A stretch of DNA of 64,000 nucleotides. Origin: an uncultured Gammaproteobacteria bacterium. GTDB lineage: Bacteria > Pseudomonadota > Gammaproteobacteria > CAWCPV01. The translations under genes were made by a program, and so were the position numbers. Each line of letters opens with the position of its first letter. The stretch's first letter is position 1. The stretch covers positions 96,001 through 160,000 of the forward strand of contig CAWCPV010000005.1 in assembly GCA_963797555.1 (NCBI GenBank). The letters run 5' to 3'. Positions 27,540-37,801 of the stretch are shown in pieces. The notes beneath the pieces are model-generated. The model was not told the DNA's origin. It was given only the letters and a program-made list of their open reading frames with translations, and did not search any database.

Positions 27540-28403
27540 ATGTTCCTCGTACAGCTTCTGAAGGTCCTCTCCAGGCTGCCGCTGGGCATGCTGTACGCCT
27601 TTGGAACCTTCGCCTACGTCATCGCATACCATGTCATGCGGTTTCGTCGGGACGTGGTGCTGAGGAACCTGCGCAACTGTTTTCCGGACCTCGAACAAGC
27701 GCAACTCGCCCGCCTCTGCAGAACCTCCTACCGACACCTTGGCCAAGTGCTGGCAGAGGCCATCAAGGGCCTCACCATAAGTGAGGGCGAGCTGCGCCGG
27801 CGGGTGAGGTTCGTCAATCTGGAAGTCCTGGAAGAATTCGCCCAGCGCGGGGAGTCCGTCATCCTCCTCGCAAGCCACCAATGCAATTGGGAATGGCTGC
27901 TGCTGGCCGCTTGCCTGGAGCTGCCCTTCCGGGTCGATGCGGTGTACAAGCCGCTGCACAATGCGCCTGTCGACAGTCTTATGCTGGAGGCGCGATCGCG
28001 GTTCGGGGGCCGACCCATCCCCGTGCAGCGCTTTCTCACCGAAGTGATGCGGCGTAGGGGTGGCGCCCGAGGATTCGCGCTGGTCGCCGACCAGACGCCC
28101 CTGCGGCACGAGGAGAAGTACTGGACCAGATTCCTGAATCAGGATACGGCCTTCTACGTGGGACCACAGAAAATCGCGAAGATCACCAACTCCCCCGTAG
28201 TCTTCATTCGCATGATGCGCACCCGTAGAGGCCATTATGACGTCCGGCTGAGAACCTTGGCTTGCCCACCCTATTCTGCGGATGGGTATGAGATCATCGA
28301 GGCATATGTACGCGAAGCCGAGAGACAGGTACTGGACCATCCGCCCGACTGGCTGTGGATCTACCGCAAGTGGAAATACAAGAAGCCGCTGTACGCCTCA
28401 TGA
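27540..28403 (+). CDS. LpxL/HtrB-like lipid A or lysophospholipid acyltransferase
   Basis: Catalytic H-x4-E motif (SHQCNWE), RR.VV.RNL..CFP, VADQ.P, FLNQ.T.F..G and P.DWLW..RKWK. Confidence 0.9.
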   Translation: MFLVQLLKVLSRLPLGMLYAFGTFAYVIAYHVMRFRRDVVLRNLRNCFPDLEQAQLARLCRTSYRHLGQVLAEAIKGLTISEGELRRRVRFVNLEVLEEFAQRGESVILLASHQCNWEWLLLAACLELPFRVDAVYKPLHNAPVDSLMLEARSRFGGRPIPVQRFLTEVMRRRGGARGFALVADQTPLRHEEKYWTRFLNQDTAFYVGPQKIAKITNSPVVFIRMMRTRRGHYDVRLRTLACPPYSADGYEIIEAYVREAERQVLDHPPDWLWIYRKWKYKKPLYAS

Positions 28404-30356
28404 GACCAAGCCCCCCTGCAGATGGGCAGCCAGATCCGCGATGGTGGGATGCTCGAAGAGGTCTTGGATGTCCACCCTGCCGGGGAAGACCTTTTCCATC
28501 CGCTCGTAAATCTGGGCAAGAATTAAAGAGCTGGTTCCAATCTCGAATAGGTTGTCGTGCAGACCCACCTTCTTGCCCATCATGACGCTGTCGCAGATCT
28601 CCAGCAGAGTCCGCTCCACGGCCGTCGGCCCACCGGCCATCGCTTCCTCGTGTGTGGCCAGCAGCCTCTCCGTGTGCCTCAGGATCTCCGCGTGTTCCCC
28701 GAGCAGATACTCCTCGCCCAGCAGGTAGCGCTGGATCTTGCCGCTGGTGGTTTTCGGTATCCTGGTCACGGGAATGACGTGTGCCACCTCGACGCCCACC
28801 TGCTCGCTGATGTGCGTCTTGATCGCCCTGGCCATCGGAATAAAATCCCCGACAGGGCCTCGGTGCAGCACGAAGACCAATACCTCGTCCGTCGCGTCAC
28901 CTTCCCGTCTGACACCGCAGGCGGCCACCTTGCCGAGATCGACGTAGCCGCCCGAAACCGCGACAGCCTCCAGGTCATGAGGGAAGAAGTTCTGCCCGTT
29001 GACGAAGAGGATGTCCTTGGTCCGACCGGTGATTACGAGCCGGCCGTCCAGCATGAAACCCAGATCGCCGGTGTCCAGCCAACCGTCTGGACCGAGCACC
29101 GCGCGGGTCGCCTCCTCGTCGCCGTAGTAGCCGGCGGTGACGTTCCCGCCGCGGATCTGGATGTGACCGACGACCTTGTCGCCCAGGACAGCCCCCCGCT
29201 CATCGACGAGCCTCAGCTCGCAGTCTCGGATCGCACGGCCCACGCTCACGAAGATCGCCCGGTTCCCGGAGGCTGCGTCCACGAAACGCACGTGCGCCCC
29301 CACCCCCAGCACACGTCTGTCGACGGCGACCGACTGCACCCGCGCGCCAGGGTCAGGGAAGGTCACGGCCAGGCTCGCCTCAGCCAGCCCGTATACCGGG
29401 TACATGGCGGTCCGCTTCAGCCCGAACGGATCGAGCTTCGCGCAGAACTCGTTACACAGATCGAGAGCCACTGGCTCTGCCCCGTTGAAGATGAGACGCA
29501 CAGGCGCGAGATCAACGCCCGCGGCCTTTTCCGAAGAGAAGGCCCGCAGCAGGTGCTTGTAGCCAAAATTTGGGGAGCACGTGATGGTGGCGCGCTTCTC
29601 GCTTGCCTTCTGCAACCACAGCAAGGGGCGCCTCACGAACAGCTCGGTTGCCATGAGGAACTGGTTCACTCCCAGAACCAACGGCGTGAGGTGGAACCCA
29701 ATGAGCCCCATATCGTGGGTCAGTGGCATCCAGCTCAGGAAGGAGTCCGCCGCTGTCATCGCGCTGCTCGCGATGATGGCGTCGATGTTGACCATCAGGT
29801 TGCGATGCGTCAGCACCACGCCCTTTGGCTCGCTGGTGGAGCCGGACGAGAACTGAATGAACGCCGTGTCCGACGGGGCGGACCGGTATGGGTCGCCCGA
29901 GCGGGAGATGTCGTCGATCTCGTCCGCCAGGATGGTGCGCGGCCGCATCAGATCGAAGGCCGCAGCGAGTCCCTGGGTGCGGGCGAATGATTGCAGTCGT
30001 CCCAGGCTCTTGCGATCGGTATACAGGAACGGGTTGCGGAGCTTTCCGCCGACCCTCAATACTTTCAGACGGTGGTCGTCGGTGATCCCGAGCGCGAGCG
30101 GTACGGGCACGATTCCGCCGAGTAGACAAGCCCAAAAACCATCGACGAACTGCTCGTCGCTGCCGACCCAGAGAATCAGTTGGTCGCCCGGCCCCAAGCC
30201 TCGCCCTTGCAGGTGCCGCAGAATCCCAAGGGCTCGTTGGTAAAGGATCGGCAGCGAGACGGAGCGCTCATTACTCTCCCCGCCGATGTAGGTGATTGCC
30301 ACGTCGTCAGCGAGGCGCACATCAAGGGCCTCGGTCAGGGTGTTAAAGCTCCGCAT
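28398..30356 (-). CDS. Fatty acyl-AMP ligase (adenylation domain) fused to an acyl carrier domain
   Basis: Motifs QFSSGST..PKG, SWMPLTHDMGLIG, YGLAEA.LAV plus a FAAL-type insertion, TGDLG and PKT.SGK.QR. The C-terminal DNLFEIGTSSL...IQDLFEHPTI.DLA carries the Ppant serine. Confidence 0.92.
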   Translation of the reverse strand: MRSFNTLTEALDVRLADDVAITYIGGESNERSVSLPILYQRALGILRHLQGRGLGPGDQLILWVGSDEQFVDGFWACLLGGIVPVPLALGITDDHRLKVLRVGGKLRNPFLYTDRKSLGRLQSFARTQGLAAAFDLMRPRTILADEIDDISRSGDPYRSAPSDTAFIQFSSGSTSEPKGVVLTHRNLMVNIDAIIASSAMTAADSFLSWMPLTHDMGLIGFHLTPLVLGVNQFLMATELFVRRPLLWLQKASEKRATITCSPNFGYKHLLRAFSSEKAAGVDLAPVRLIFNGAEPVALDLCNEFCAKLDPFGLKRTAMYPVYGLAEASLAVTFPDPGARVQSVAVDRRVLGVGAHVRFVDAASGNRAIFVSVGRAIRDCELRLVDERGAVLGDKVVGHIQIRGGNVTAGYYGDEEATRAVLGPDGWLDTGDLGFMLDGRLVITGRTKDILFVNGQNFFPHDLEAVAVSGGYVDLGKVAACGVRREGDATDEVLVFVLHRGPVGDFIPMARAIKTHISEQVGVEVAHVIPVTRIPKTTSGKIQRYLLGEEYLLGEHAEILRHTERLLATHEEAMAGGPTAVERTLLEICDSVMMGKKVGLHDNLFEIGTSSLILAQIYERMEKVFPGRVDIQDLFEHPTIADLAAHLQGGLVS

Positions 30357-31677
30357 CGGAAGGGTCGGTTCGTCTGTGGGGAATCATATGGAGGTCATGC
30401 TTGGTGCGCAGGTTGATGTGCGCCTCCAGCGCCAAGGGTTCTCGAAGGACGTACTCGAAACGGACGTGTCGCGCCATGGCCGCAAGGTGCATCTGCATCT
30501 CCACGAGCGCGAGAAGCTCGCCGACACAGCCTCTCGGACCCGCGGAGAAGGGAACGTAGGCAAAGTGGGGCCTGGCCTTCACCCGATCCGGCGCGAAGCG
30601 GTCCGGGTCGAAAAGTTCCGGAGTGCGCCAGTACGCGGGGTGCCGGTGGATGATATAGGGGGAGATGAAGACCTGCGTCCCCGGCGGCGCGTGGTAGCCG
30701 CCGACCTCGTCCTCGCCCAGTGCCCTACGTGTGAGCAGCCAGCCCGGCGGGTAGAGCCGCAGCGCCTCTTGCGCCACCTGCAGCGTGTACGGGAGCCTCG
30801 CAAGACGCTCGATATCTGGAAGCTCAGCCCCCAGCACGGCATCTACCTCTTCGTGCAGCCTCGCCTCTACCTCAGGGTGCTGGGACAGAAGGAGCCAGGT
30901 CGAGTTCAGGGCACTGGCCGTCGTCTCGTGACCCGCCACGATGAGGGTCATCGTCTCGTCCAACAACTGCCTGTCCGACATCGGCTCGCCCGTCGTTTCG
31001 TCGCGCGCACTCATCAGCATGCCGAGAAAGTCTGCGCGTTCCCTTCCTTCGCTACGCCGACGCTGGACACACTCACGCACGATGTTCGCGAGTGAGCGGA
31101 ACTTGAAGGCGAACGCCAGGTTCCTCTCGGGCTCGTCGGTCAATAGGGCGAACGGGTTGCGCCCCTGCTCCTGGACGATGCGCTCGAGATCTTCGCCGAA
31201 GGTGGCACGCAGCGTAATGTCCAGCGTAAGCTCGCTGGTATCCTGCGTGACGTTCACCGCTTGGCCCGCACCAACATGCCGCAGCCACTTGTGCAGCAGC
31301 AGTCGGTTCGAGCTGACGATGAGGTCAGATAGCCTGCCAATCAGCTTGTGGTGGAAGGCGGGCTGGATCATTCGCCGCTGCCGGCGCCAGAAGTCTCCTT
31401 CGCTCACCATGATGCCGTGACCCAGCAGGATCTGCACCCGGTCTATCCCGACCCCTTTCTCGAAGTTCTTCCGATTCGTCACCAGCACGTGCTTGACCTC
31501 GTCGGGGTGGCTCAGGACGTAAATGTCACCGCCGCCAGCGGGTGCAAACAGGCGATAGACGTCACCATACTGCCGGAACAACGCGTACAGCCGCTCCAAC
31601 GACCCGTCCGGGAAGCTGATGTCGAATGCTTCCTGAGGCCCCGGCGGCGAGCGCTTGTCTCGGCAGATTTCCGTCAT
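30343..31677 (-). CDS. Cytochrome P450
   Basis: I-helix AGHETT, EALR (ExxR), FDPDRF and heme ligand FSAGPRGCVG. Overlaps the FAAL start by 14 bp. Confidence 0.96.
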   Translation of the reverse strand: MTEICRDKRSPPGPQEAFDISFPDGSLERLYALFRQYGDVYRLFAPAGGGDIYVLSHPDEVKHVLVTNRKNFEKGVGIDRVQILLGHGIMVSEGDFWRRQRRMIQPAFHHKLIGRLSDLIVSSNRLLLHKWLRHVGAGQAVNVTQDTSELTLDITLRATFGEDLERIVQEQGRNPFALLTDEPERNLAFAFKFRSLANIVRECVQRRRSEGRERADFLGMLMSARDETTGEPMSDRQLLDETMTLIVAGHETTASALNSTWLLLSQHPEVEARLHEEVDAVLGAELPDIERLARLPYTLQVAQEALRLYPPGWLLTRRALGEDEVGGYHAPPGTQVFISPYIIHRHPAYWRTPELFDPDRFAPDRVKARPHFAYVPFSAGPRGCVGELLALVEMQMHLAAMARHVRFEYVLREPLALEAHINLRTKHDLHMIPHRRTDPSDAEL

Positions 31678-31767
31678 GAGATGGAGTGGTCACGGGAAAA
31701 ACTGGCTATTTTAACGCAATCTTGGCCCGAGGACCGCACCGAGCCCTTTTCTTCCAACACGGCCCCG

Positions 31768-32260
31768 TCAAGTCAGGTCGTTCCACAGATGCCGTAGGCG
31801 GTCTCGGGCCTGCAGCAGTTGTTCCGGCGGCTGCGGCCACTGCTCCAGGACCACCGAGCCACAAAACCCTCGTCTCAACAGACGCTGGATGAGTGCCCGC
31901 AGCCCGCGGTCATCGTGAGCGGCGGGACCGGTGAAGAGCGTCAGGTGACTGTCCCCATCTCCCCAGTTCTCGTGGGCGTACCAGTGGATGATGGGAACGT
32001 GCTTCCCGAGGAGGTCCACGAAGCGCACATAGTCGTTCCGGGTGTCCGAGAACAGGTTGGCGTGTCCCGTATCAAGACACAGCCCGACCCGACCGGCGGC
32101 CTGGGGGATGGCGTCCAACAGCTTGAAGACGGCATTCACGTAGTCCGGGGAGGTCTCGGGGGTGTTCTCCAGGCTGAGGCGAAGGTGCGCGGTGCGAGCC
32201 GCCTCTAGCAGAGGTACGAGTGACTCCCCGAAGGGGCGGGACACGAACCTTGCTGCGAGA
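31768..32260 (-). pseudogene. Sugar phosphate isomerase/epimerase (TIM barrel) C-terminal part, truncated by an IS relic
   Basis: Motifs LSLENT, LCLDTGHA, H.HENWG..DSHL and VLEQW. The 5' end abuts the IS1380 fragment. Confidence 0.7.
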
Positions 32261-32279
32261 GCTTGGACGACTGCTGCGA

Positions 32280-32735
32280 AACATCCCTTACGAGTATGGC
32301 TACGAGTTCAAGGTGATTATCACCAACAAGCCCCAGCACGCCGCAGAGGTGGTGGCCTTCCACAACGGCCGCGGTGCTCAGGATGGGCTGTTCAAGTCGA
32401 CAACCAGCTCGACTATGTGCCCACCCGCACCTGGGTGGGCAGCCAAGTCTATCTGCTCTCGACACTGCTCGCCCACAACCTCAGCCGGGAGCTTCAGATG
32501 ATAGCGCGCCCACTACCCCGCCAGGTCTCGCAGAAACGGCCCGCATTGTGGGACTTTGCCCGCCTCAATACGCTGCGCTGCCGGCTCATCCAGCGCGCCG
32601 GTCGCCTGATCCGTCCCCAAGGTCGATTGACCCTGTCGTTGAGTGCCAATTCAGCCGTCCAGCACGAGCTGTGGCATTATCTGCAGGCTCTGCAGAAAGC
32701 GGCATGATCGGAAAGTTTTTGCAACGATAGGGTTT
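32280..32735 (+). mobile_element. IS1380-like transposase C-terminal fragment
   Basis: Motifs YEFKVIITNK...FHNGRG.Q, AHNL.RELQ and TLR.RLIQRAGRL.RPQG.L.L. Confidence 0.7.
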
Positions 32736-32971
32736 ACCCTTTACCCGTCAGGGATTATCCCAATTGACTGCACACGACCGGGTCACCCACACTCCTCGCC
32801 AAGCCCGGTGCCCGCCCACCGGATTTCCGATCCTTCGACTCCGGCTGTAGCCGAATCTGAAGCCGTGGAGCACTCTCGTCACTGTATCTAATTGTTCCCG
32901 AGGCTCGACCCAAAAGAGGCTGGGGCTTGGATTTCCAGGTTCCGGTAGGTTCCCAAAAGTAGGAAGATGCC

Positions 32972-33520
32972 ATGAGGCGATCTGGATTGCTGGTAGTGGT
33001 CGTGACCCTCGCGTTGACCCTGCTGGGCGCGCTCCGTGTGGCGCACGCGCTCACAACCATCAGTTTTGACCTCGTGCCACGGAACGCCACGTGCCTGCCG
33101 GATGCGACGGGGCAGGTGATCGTGCTCCATAAGGAGGATCCGCTGGGCGTCGATACCTTGCATTTGGATGCCAGAGGTCTGCCGGCCGACACGGACTTTG
33201 CGGTCTTTCTGACCTCGGCCGACGCCTTTGCGACGCCGCCCTTCGGCGCGGTGGCCTATATCGGGGACTTCAGCACCAATGCAGCGGGTATCGGGTCGCT
33301 CAAGGTCGATGCAATCATCGCCGAGGCGTTCGTCAGTACCGTGGGTACCACCCGGCTCCGAGAGGACCTGGACCACCTGGTCTTCTGGTTCGCCGATCCG
33401 GCACAAGTTCCAGCATGCTTCAACTTTGTGGGCTCTACCCCCTTTGATGGGGATGGGCAGGCCGGGCCGGCGGCGATGTCCTCGCAGGGGGCGACAGGGC
33501 TTGAGCAGTTCCCGGAATAG
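32972..33520 (+). CDS. Exported hypothetical protein
   Basis: Sec signal ending VAHA, two Cys residues and good coding composition. Confidence 0.75.
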   Translation: MRRSGLLVVVVTLALTLLGALRVAHALTTISFDLVPRNATCLPDATGQVIVLHKEDPLGVDTLHLDARGLPADTDFAVFLTSADAFATPPFGAVAYIGDFSTNAAGIGSLKVDAIIAEAFVSTVGTTRLREDLDHLVFWFADPAQVPACFNFVGSTPFDGDGQAGPAAMSSQGATGLEQFPE

Positions 33521-33680
33521 GCCCAATCCTAATACCGATTCGGTGAAAGCACAGAGGCCGCGAAGAGGATGGGCGGCTCAGGCGTGCCAGCCCCACAACC
33601 CGCGCACAGGGCGCGAAAGGAGAAGTATATGAATCTGGAATGCACTGTCGAATCAGACCACGCGTCGCATCCTGCCCATC

Positions 33681-34325
33681 GTGTGCTCCACTGCTCTCGC
33701 CGTGTCGTTCACGGTCTCGCTGCCGCAGCCGGCCCACGCCAAACAGGTCACGCCGCCACCCGTGCCCGACAACATTGAGGTGCCAGCGGGGAACACGGCG
33801 TTCCTCGTGGGTCACGCCACGGGCACCCAGAACTACGTCTGCCTGCCGTGCCCAAACCCGACCTGTCCCGACGCCTCCGCCGGCTCCGCCTACGTACTCT
33901 TCACGCCCGAGGCCACGCTGTTCGACGACCATGGTAAGCAAATCATCACCCACTTCTTCAGCCCCAACCTCGCCCCGACCGACCCGGATGAGATTAAGGG
34001 CACGATTCGCGCCACGTGGCAGGACTCGGACACGAGCACCGTCTGGGCCAAGGCGACCGCCTCCGCCACCCACGGCTCCGACCCCGGGTTCGTCGCGGAG
34101 GGTGCCGTCGCCTGGCTCAAGCTTATGGTGGTTGGTGCCCAGGACGGACCGAGGGGTGGCGACACGCTCTCGGACACCACCTTCATCCAGCGGGTGAACA
34201 CCACTGGGGGGCTAGCACCGACGGAGGCACCGGCGGACTGTACCTCGCTAACAGACGTTGGGAAGGAGGCGTTCGTGCCTTACACGGCCGACTACTTCTT
34301 CTACTCGGGCGATGACGCCAACTAG
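33681..34325 (+). CDS. DUF3455-like exported protein (start probably further upstream)
   Basis: HATGTQNY.C, PEA.LF, HFF, AV.WL.L, TFIQRVNT.GG.AP and VPYTADY.FY match the DUF3455 pattern. Confidence 0.8.
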   Translation: MCSTALAVSFTVSLPQPAHAKQVTPPPVPDNIEVPAGNTAFLVGHATGTQNYVCLPCPNPTCPDASAGSAYVLFTPEATLFDDHGKQIITHFFSPNLAPTDPDEIKGTIRATWQDSDTSTVWAKATASATHGSDPGFVAEGAVAWLKLMVVGAQDGPRGGDTLSDTTFIQRVNTTGGLAPTEAPADCTSLTDVGKEAFVPYTADYFFYSGDDAN

Positions 34326-34868
34326 GATCTTTGCACAAGGGCCGTGGAAGAACTGGACGGCACAACCGTCCGGTTCTTCTTGTCACGTAAAGCGTGATAT
34401 TGCCTGTGCACATCTACTTGAGCGACGGCCTGCAACACGTCCAGGGCTTGCCGCTGACGCCATCGCCGCGTCTCAACTCTCCTGTCGGGGATCACTGTCA
34501 GAGGCGAGACGGAGCAGGCTCCTCCCTCCCATGAGGTTCGGCCCTCGCGACGGCTCACGGAAGTGCTACTGCACCCAGGCACTATGGTCGGGGGCTAGCG
34601 TGCCCGCCAACTCCACGCTCGCAGCGAACGTCCCGTCAAGAGGGCGCTGCGGGATTGAAGGCTCGTTTACATGGCTTAGCGAAATACTTACGGCAAATTA
34701 ACCGCAAGCTTATGACTTCCCTGCGGTGCCAGCGAGATGATTTATGCGAAGCCCAACGGTCAGATGCCGACGAGGTCCACGGCGACTGACGGTGTCTAAT
34801 CGGACAGCAACGCCTGGGCGAGCCCCGCCTCGCCGCCCGTTCCGCCACTTCGAATGGAGGATTCACCG

Positions 34869-36395
34869 ATGAAGACCTCGCACTTAGCGACCACATTAGT
34901 CACCTTCACCACCTGCTTCCTGACGCTGCCAAACCCAGCGGTCGCCCAGAGCAAAGGCCTGGGCGACGTGGCCTCCAGGCTTGCAGCGGAGATCACCCCA
35001 CCACCCCCGTGCCACCCGAACCCCAGCGCGGTGCCCGACATCGTGAGCGTCCTCACCCGAGGAGACATTCGCAACCTGCCAGACGCGCTGACCGACCGCC
35101 TCGCCATTCTCGCAGGCCGGCCTCACAGCCAGCTACCCACACAGGCATACGCCGAAGCCCATTCTGACAAAGCACCCTTCAAACCCAAGCCGAGTGAGCT
35201 CTTCCAGTATTACTTGCTCGATACGAACGGCTTCGAACCCAATCCGTTCACGAGCCTGATACCGGAAGTCAACGACACCGCCATGCTCACCGCCACGGGC
35301 CCCGACTGTGGCCTACCCACCCTCGGCACAGTACGCGTGGTTCTGGAGCCCAAACCTGGCCTGCCGACCGACCCCAACGACGTCCGCGCGTTCATCGACG
35401 TCTTCACCGACATCTCTGGGCTCTTCGTCATCAACAACGAGAGCGGCTGGTACGAAGGGTGGATGATCCATGACCTGAGGGTTGCCCCAGTGAACGACAC
35501 GACGCGCCCCGACGGCCATGCGCAATTCGGCGCTATCCTGCAGGCTGACGCCGACGCGCTGAAGGCGATGGGCAGCGGCAACAACGTGCCACGCCACATC
35601 TTCACGACGGATGGCAAACCGGTGCACTTCCCCAGCCCGACAGACCGCTTTCCGGACCTCCAGACCAACGTCGTCCCGATCCAGCTTAGCATGGGCGCCT
35701 GGAACACGCTGCAGCAGAGTGACGGCCACGCTTACTGGGAGTTCAACTACACCACCGACTGGGTCCACCCCCTGTATGAACTGCCCTTCACCGGCGGTAT
35801 TCCCGGCACCTTCGAGAAGGGTCAGGTCGGCGCACTCTCGTCTCTCGTTCCCGGCTCGGGCCCCTCGGGCGTCAAGAACGATCCGCTCGAGTACGGCGAC
35901 AATCCCAACACTGTCGGCGTGCTACAGGCGTCCGGCCCGCGTGACCCGGATAAGTTCGATGCGGACGATGATTCGCAGCGCGAGTTCCGTCAGCGATTCA
36001 TCCCCAGCGGCCTGGCCAATGAGATCTTTCTGGACGTTTACGAAAGGCCGGCCTCCTTCCAGCCAGGTGTCACCGATTTCAGTCAACGTCTGTTCGACGC
36101 CTACGCCGCGGAGGTGGCAAGGGTTGACACCGGCGAGGGGTTTGACAACGGCAATGGCGTCATATCCGCCGCTGAAGGCGACGTGGACACTGCTTCGGAC
36201 GGATTCCCAGACAACAAACGGCTCTTCATTCCGGCCACGCAGTTCAATCGCTTCGCAGTCACGCGGGAGATTAACGACGGGTTGCTGGCACCCCGGTTTG
36301 CCCCCAGCCAGAAGGCTTGGGTACTGTCGGGAACGCTGGTACCCGTGAGTCCGTCCGTGCCTGCCTCGGAGGGCGAGGACGGCGACGATCGTTAA
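34869..36395 (+). CDS. Large exported hypothetical protein, acidic and Pro-rich
   Basis: Signal peptide ending AVA, GGAGG RBS upstream and a long clean ORF. No domain recognised. Confidence 0.8.
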   Translation: MKTSHLATTLVTFTTCFLTLPNPAVAQSKGLGDVASRLAAEITPPPPCHPNPSAVPDIVSVLTRGDIRNLPDALTDRLAILAGRPHSQLPTQAYAEAHSDKAPFKPKPSELFQYYLLDTNGFEPNPFTSLIPEVNDTAMLTATGPDCGLPTLGTVRVVLEPKPGLPTDPNDVRAFIDVFTDISGLFVINNESGWYEGWMIHDLRVAPVNDTTRPDGHAQFGAILQADADALKAMGSGNNVPRHIFTTDGKPVHFPSPTDRFPDLQTNVVPIQLSMGAWNTLQQSDGHAYWEFNYTTDWVHPLYELPFTGGIPGTFEKGQVGALSSLVPGSGPSGVKNDPLEYGDNPNTVGVLQASGPRDPDKFDADDDSQREFRQRFIPSGLANEIFLDVYERPASFQPGVTDFSQRLFDAYAAEVARVDTGEGFDNGNGVISAAEGDVDTASDGFPDNKRLFIPATQFNRFAVTREINDGLLAPRFAPSQKAWVLSGTLVPVSPSVPASEGEDGDDR

Positions 36396-36519
36396 GATTG
36401 GACGCTCGGGAGGAACCGGAGGGCCGGTTTTGAGCGCGCTCGGGGCCGCCCCATCAGGCTTCACTGAGATGGATGGGTGGCTGCGCGGGGTAACGCGCAG
36501 CCACCGGTGGGTAACGGAT

Positions 36520-36716
36520 CCTCTGACCGGAAGACCGCACTTCGGGGGATGAAGGACCTTGCGGCCTCTTACGGCTTCACCGTCGAAGGGGTTCTGGAGA
36601 CGCCAAGCTCAAGAGGAGACGCCGCGGCACCGGCCGAGGTGAAATACTGTAACCCGGACAACCCCGATCAGACGTGGGCCGGTCGAAGCAGGAAGCCGCG
36701 TTGCTCGTGGAGTTAC
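36520..36716 (+). pseudogene. H-NS family relic abutting IS630
   Basis: A..YGF.V..VL...VKY.NPDNP.QTW.GR.RKP resembles the H-NS DNA-binding motif. Confidence 0.7.
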
Positions 36717-37801
36717 TAGTGTAGTGCTTCATTCTGTTTAGAACTTAAACGTGCGTTGGCGCGGATGACCTTCTGCAGGATGTCCTTAGCCTTGGCGGTC
36801 CAGATGAAGGGTTTGGGATTGGCGTTGTGGGCATCGACATAGCGGTTGATGGCAGGGATCAACTCGGGGACGCTTCGAAACACGCCACGGCGCAACCGAT
36901 CCACAGTCAGGTCGCGGAAGAATCGCTCGACCATGTTCAACCAGGATGCTGAGGTGGGCGTGAAATGGATGTGGAAACGCGGGTGTTTTCCCAGCCATTT
37001 CTGAACGTTGGGATGTTTGTGGGTGGCGTAGTTGTCGCAGACCAAGTGCAGTTCCTTGTCCTTGGGCGTCTCGCGGTCGATTTGGCGCAGGAAGGTGAGC
37101 CACTCCGTGTGGCGATGGTGCGGCTCGCAGCGGGCAATCACGGAACCCTCCAAGGTGTTCAGGGCAGCAAACAGTGTCGTGGTGCCATGGCGCTTGTAGT
37201 CATGGGTCATGGTCGCAGCCCGCCCCTTCTTCAGCGGCAGGCCAGGTTGGGTACGATCCAGCGCCTGAACCTGACTCTTCTCGTCGCAGCACAACACCAA
37301 AGCATGCTCCGGGGGGGACAGATACAGCCCGACGATGTCCTCCAACTTCTCGGTGAATTTCGGGTCGCGCGATACCTTGAAGGATTCGACACGATGCGGC
37401 TTCAGCCCATGGGCATGCCACACGCGCAGCACCGTGGTGTCGCTCACTCCCATTTCCTTAGCCAGGGTCCGCGTACTCCACTGTGTCGCTGCTAAGGGCT
37501 GGGTCTGAGTCGTGCGTCGCACGATCTCGGCGGCATCCACCTTGGGCTGACGACCTCCGCGCGGCAGGTCACACTCGATGGCCGCCAGCCCGCCTTGCGC
37601 ATAGCGCTCCCGCCAACGCCCAACCTGCACACGCCCAATCTTGAGTTCCGCCGCGATGGCCTTGTTCTCCATGCCCACCGCCGCCAACAGCACAATGCGC
37701 GCTCGGCGGGCCAGCCTCACACTCGTGGTGTTCGAACGCGACACACGCCTCAGGCTCCGCTGTTCTTCCGCGCTCAGTCGGACCATCGGGGCTACTCGCA
37801 T
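36716..37801 (-). CDS. IS630 transposase
   Basis: HTH N-terminus and DDE motifs CCDEKSQ.QAL, HDYKRHGT, DNYATH and SWLN.VERFF. Confidence 0.95.
   Translation of the reverse strand: MRVAPMVRLSAEEQRSLRRVSRSNTTSVRLARRARIVLLAAVGMENKAIAAELKIGRVQVGRWRERYAQGGLAAIECDLPRGGRQPKVDAAEIVRRTTQTQPLAATQWSTRTLAKEMGVSDTTVLRVWHAHGLKPHRVESFKVSRDPKFTEKLEDIVGLYLSPPEHALVLCCDEKSQVQALDRTQPGLPLKKGRAATMTHDYKRHGTTTLFAALNTLEGSVIARCEPHHRHTEWLTFLRQIDRETPKDKELHLVCDNYATHKHPNVQKWLGKHPRFHIHFTPTSASWLNMVERFFRDLTVDRLRRGVFRSVPELIPAINRYVDAHNANPKPFIWTAKAKDILQKVIRANARLSSKQNEALH

Noticed and set aside
30343-31677. P450 as BioI serving the bio operon
   Set aside because: The bio operon is 14 kb away and already has the BioC/BioH route, and the P450 is coupled to the FAAL-ACP gene.
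34688-34730. c-di-GMP-I riboswitch-like GGCAAA..GCAA..GAC upstream of the large exported protein
   Set aside because: The stem pairing is poor, and the following GCAAA and P3 elements are missing.
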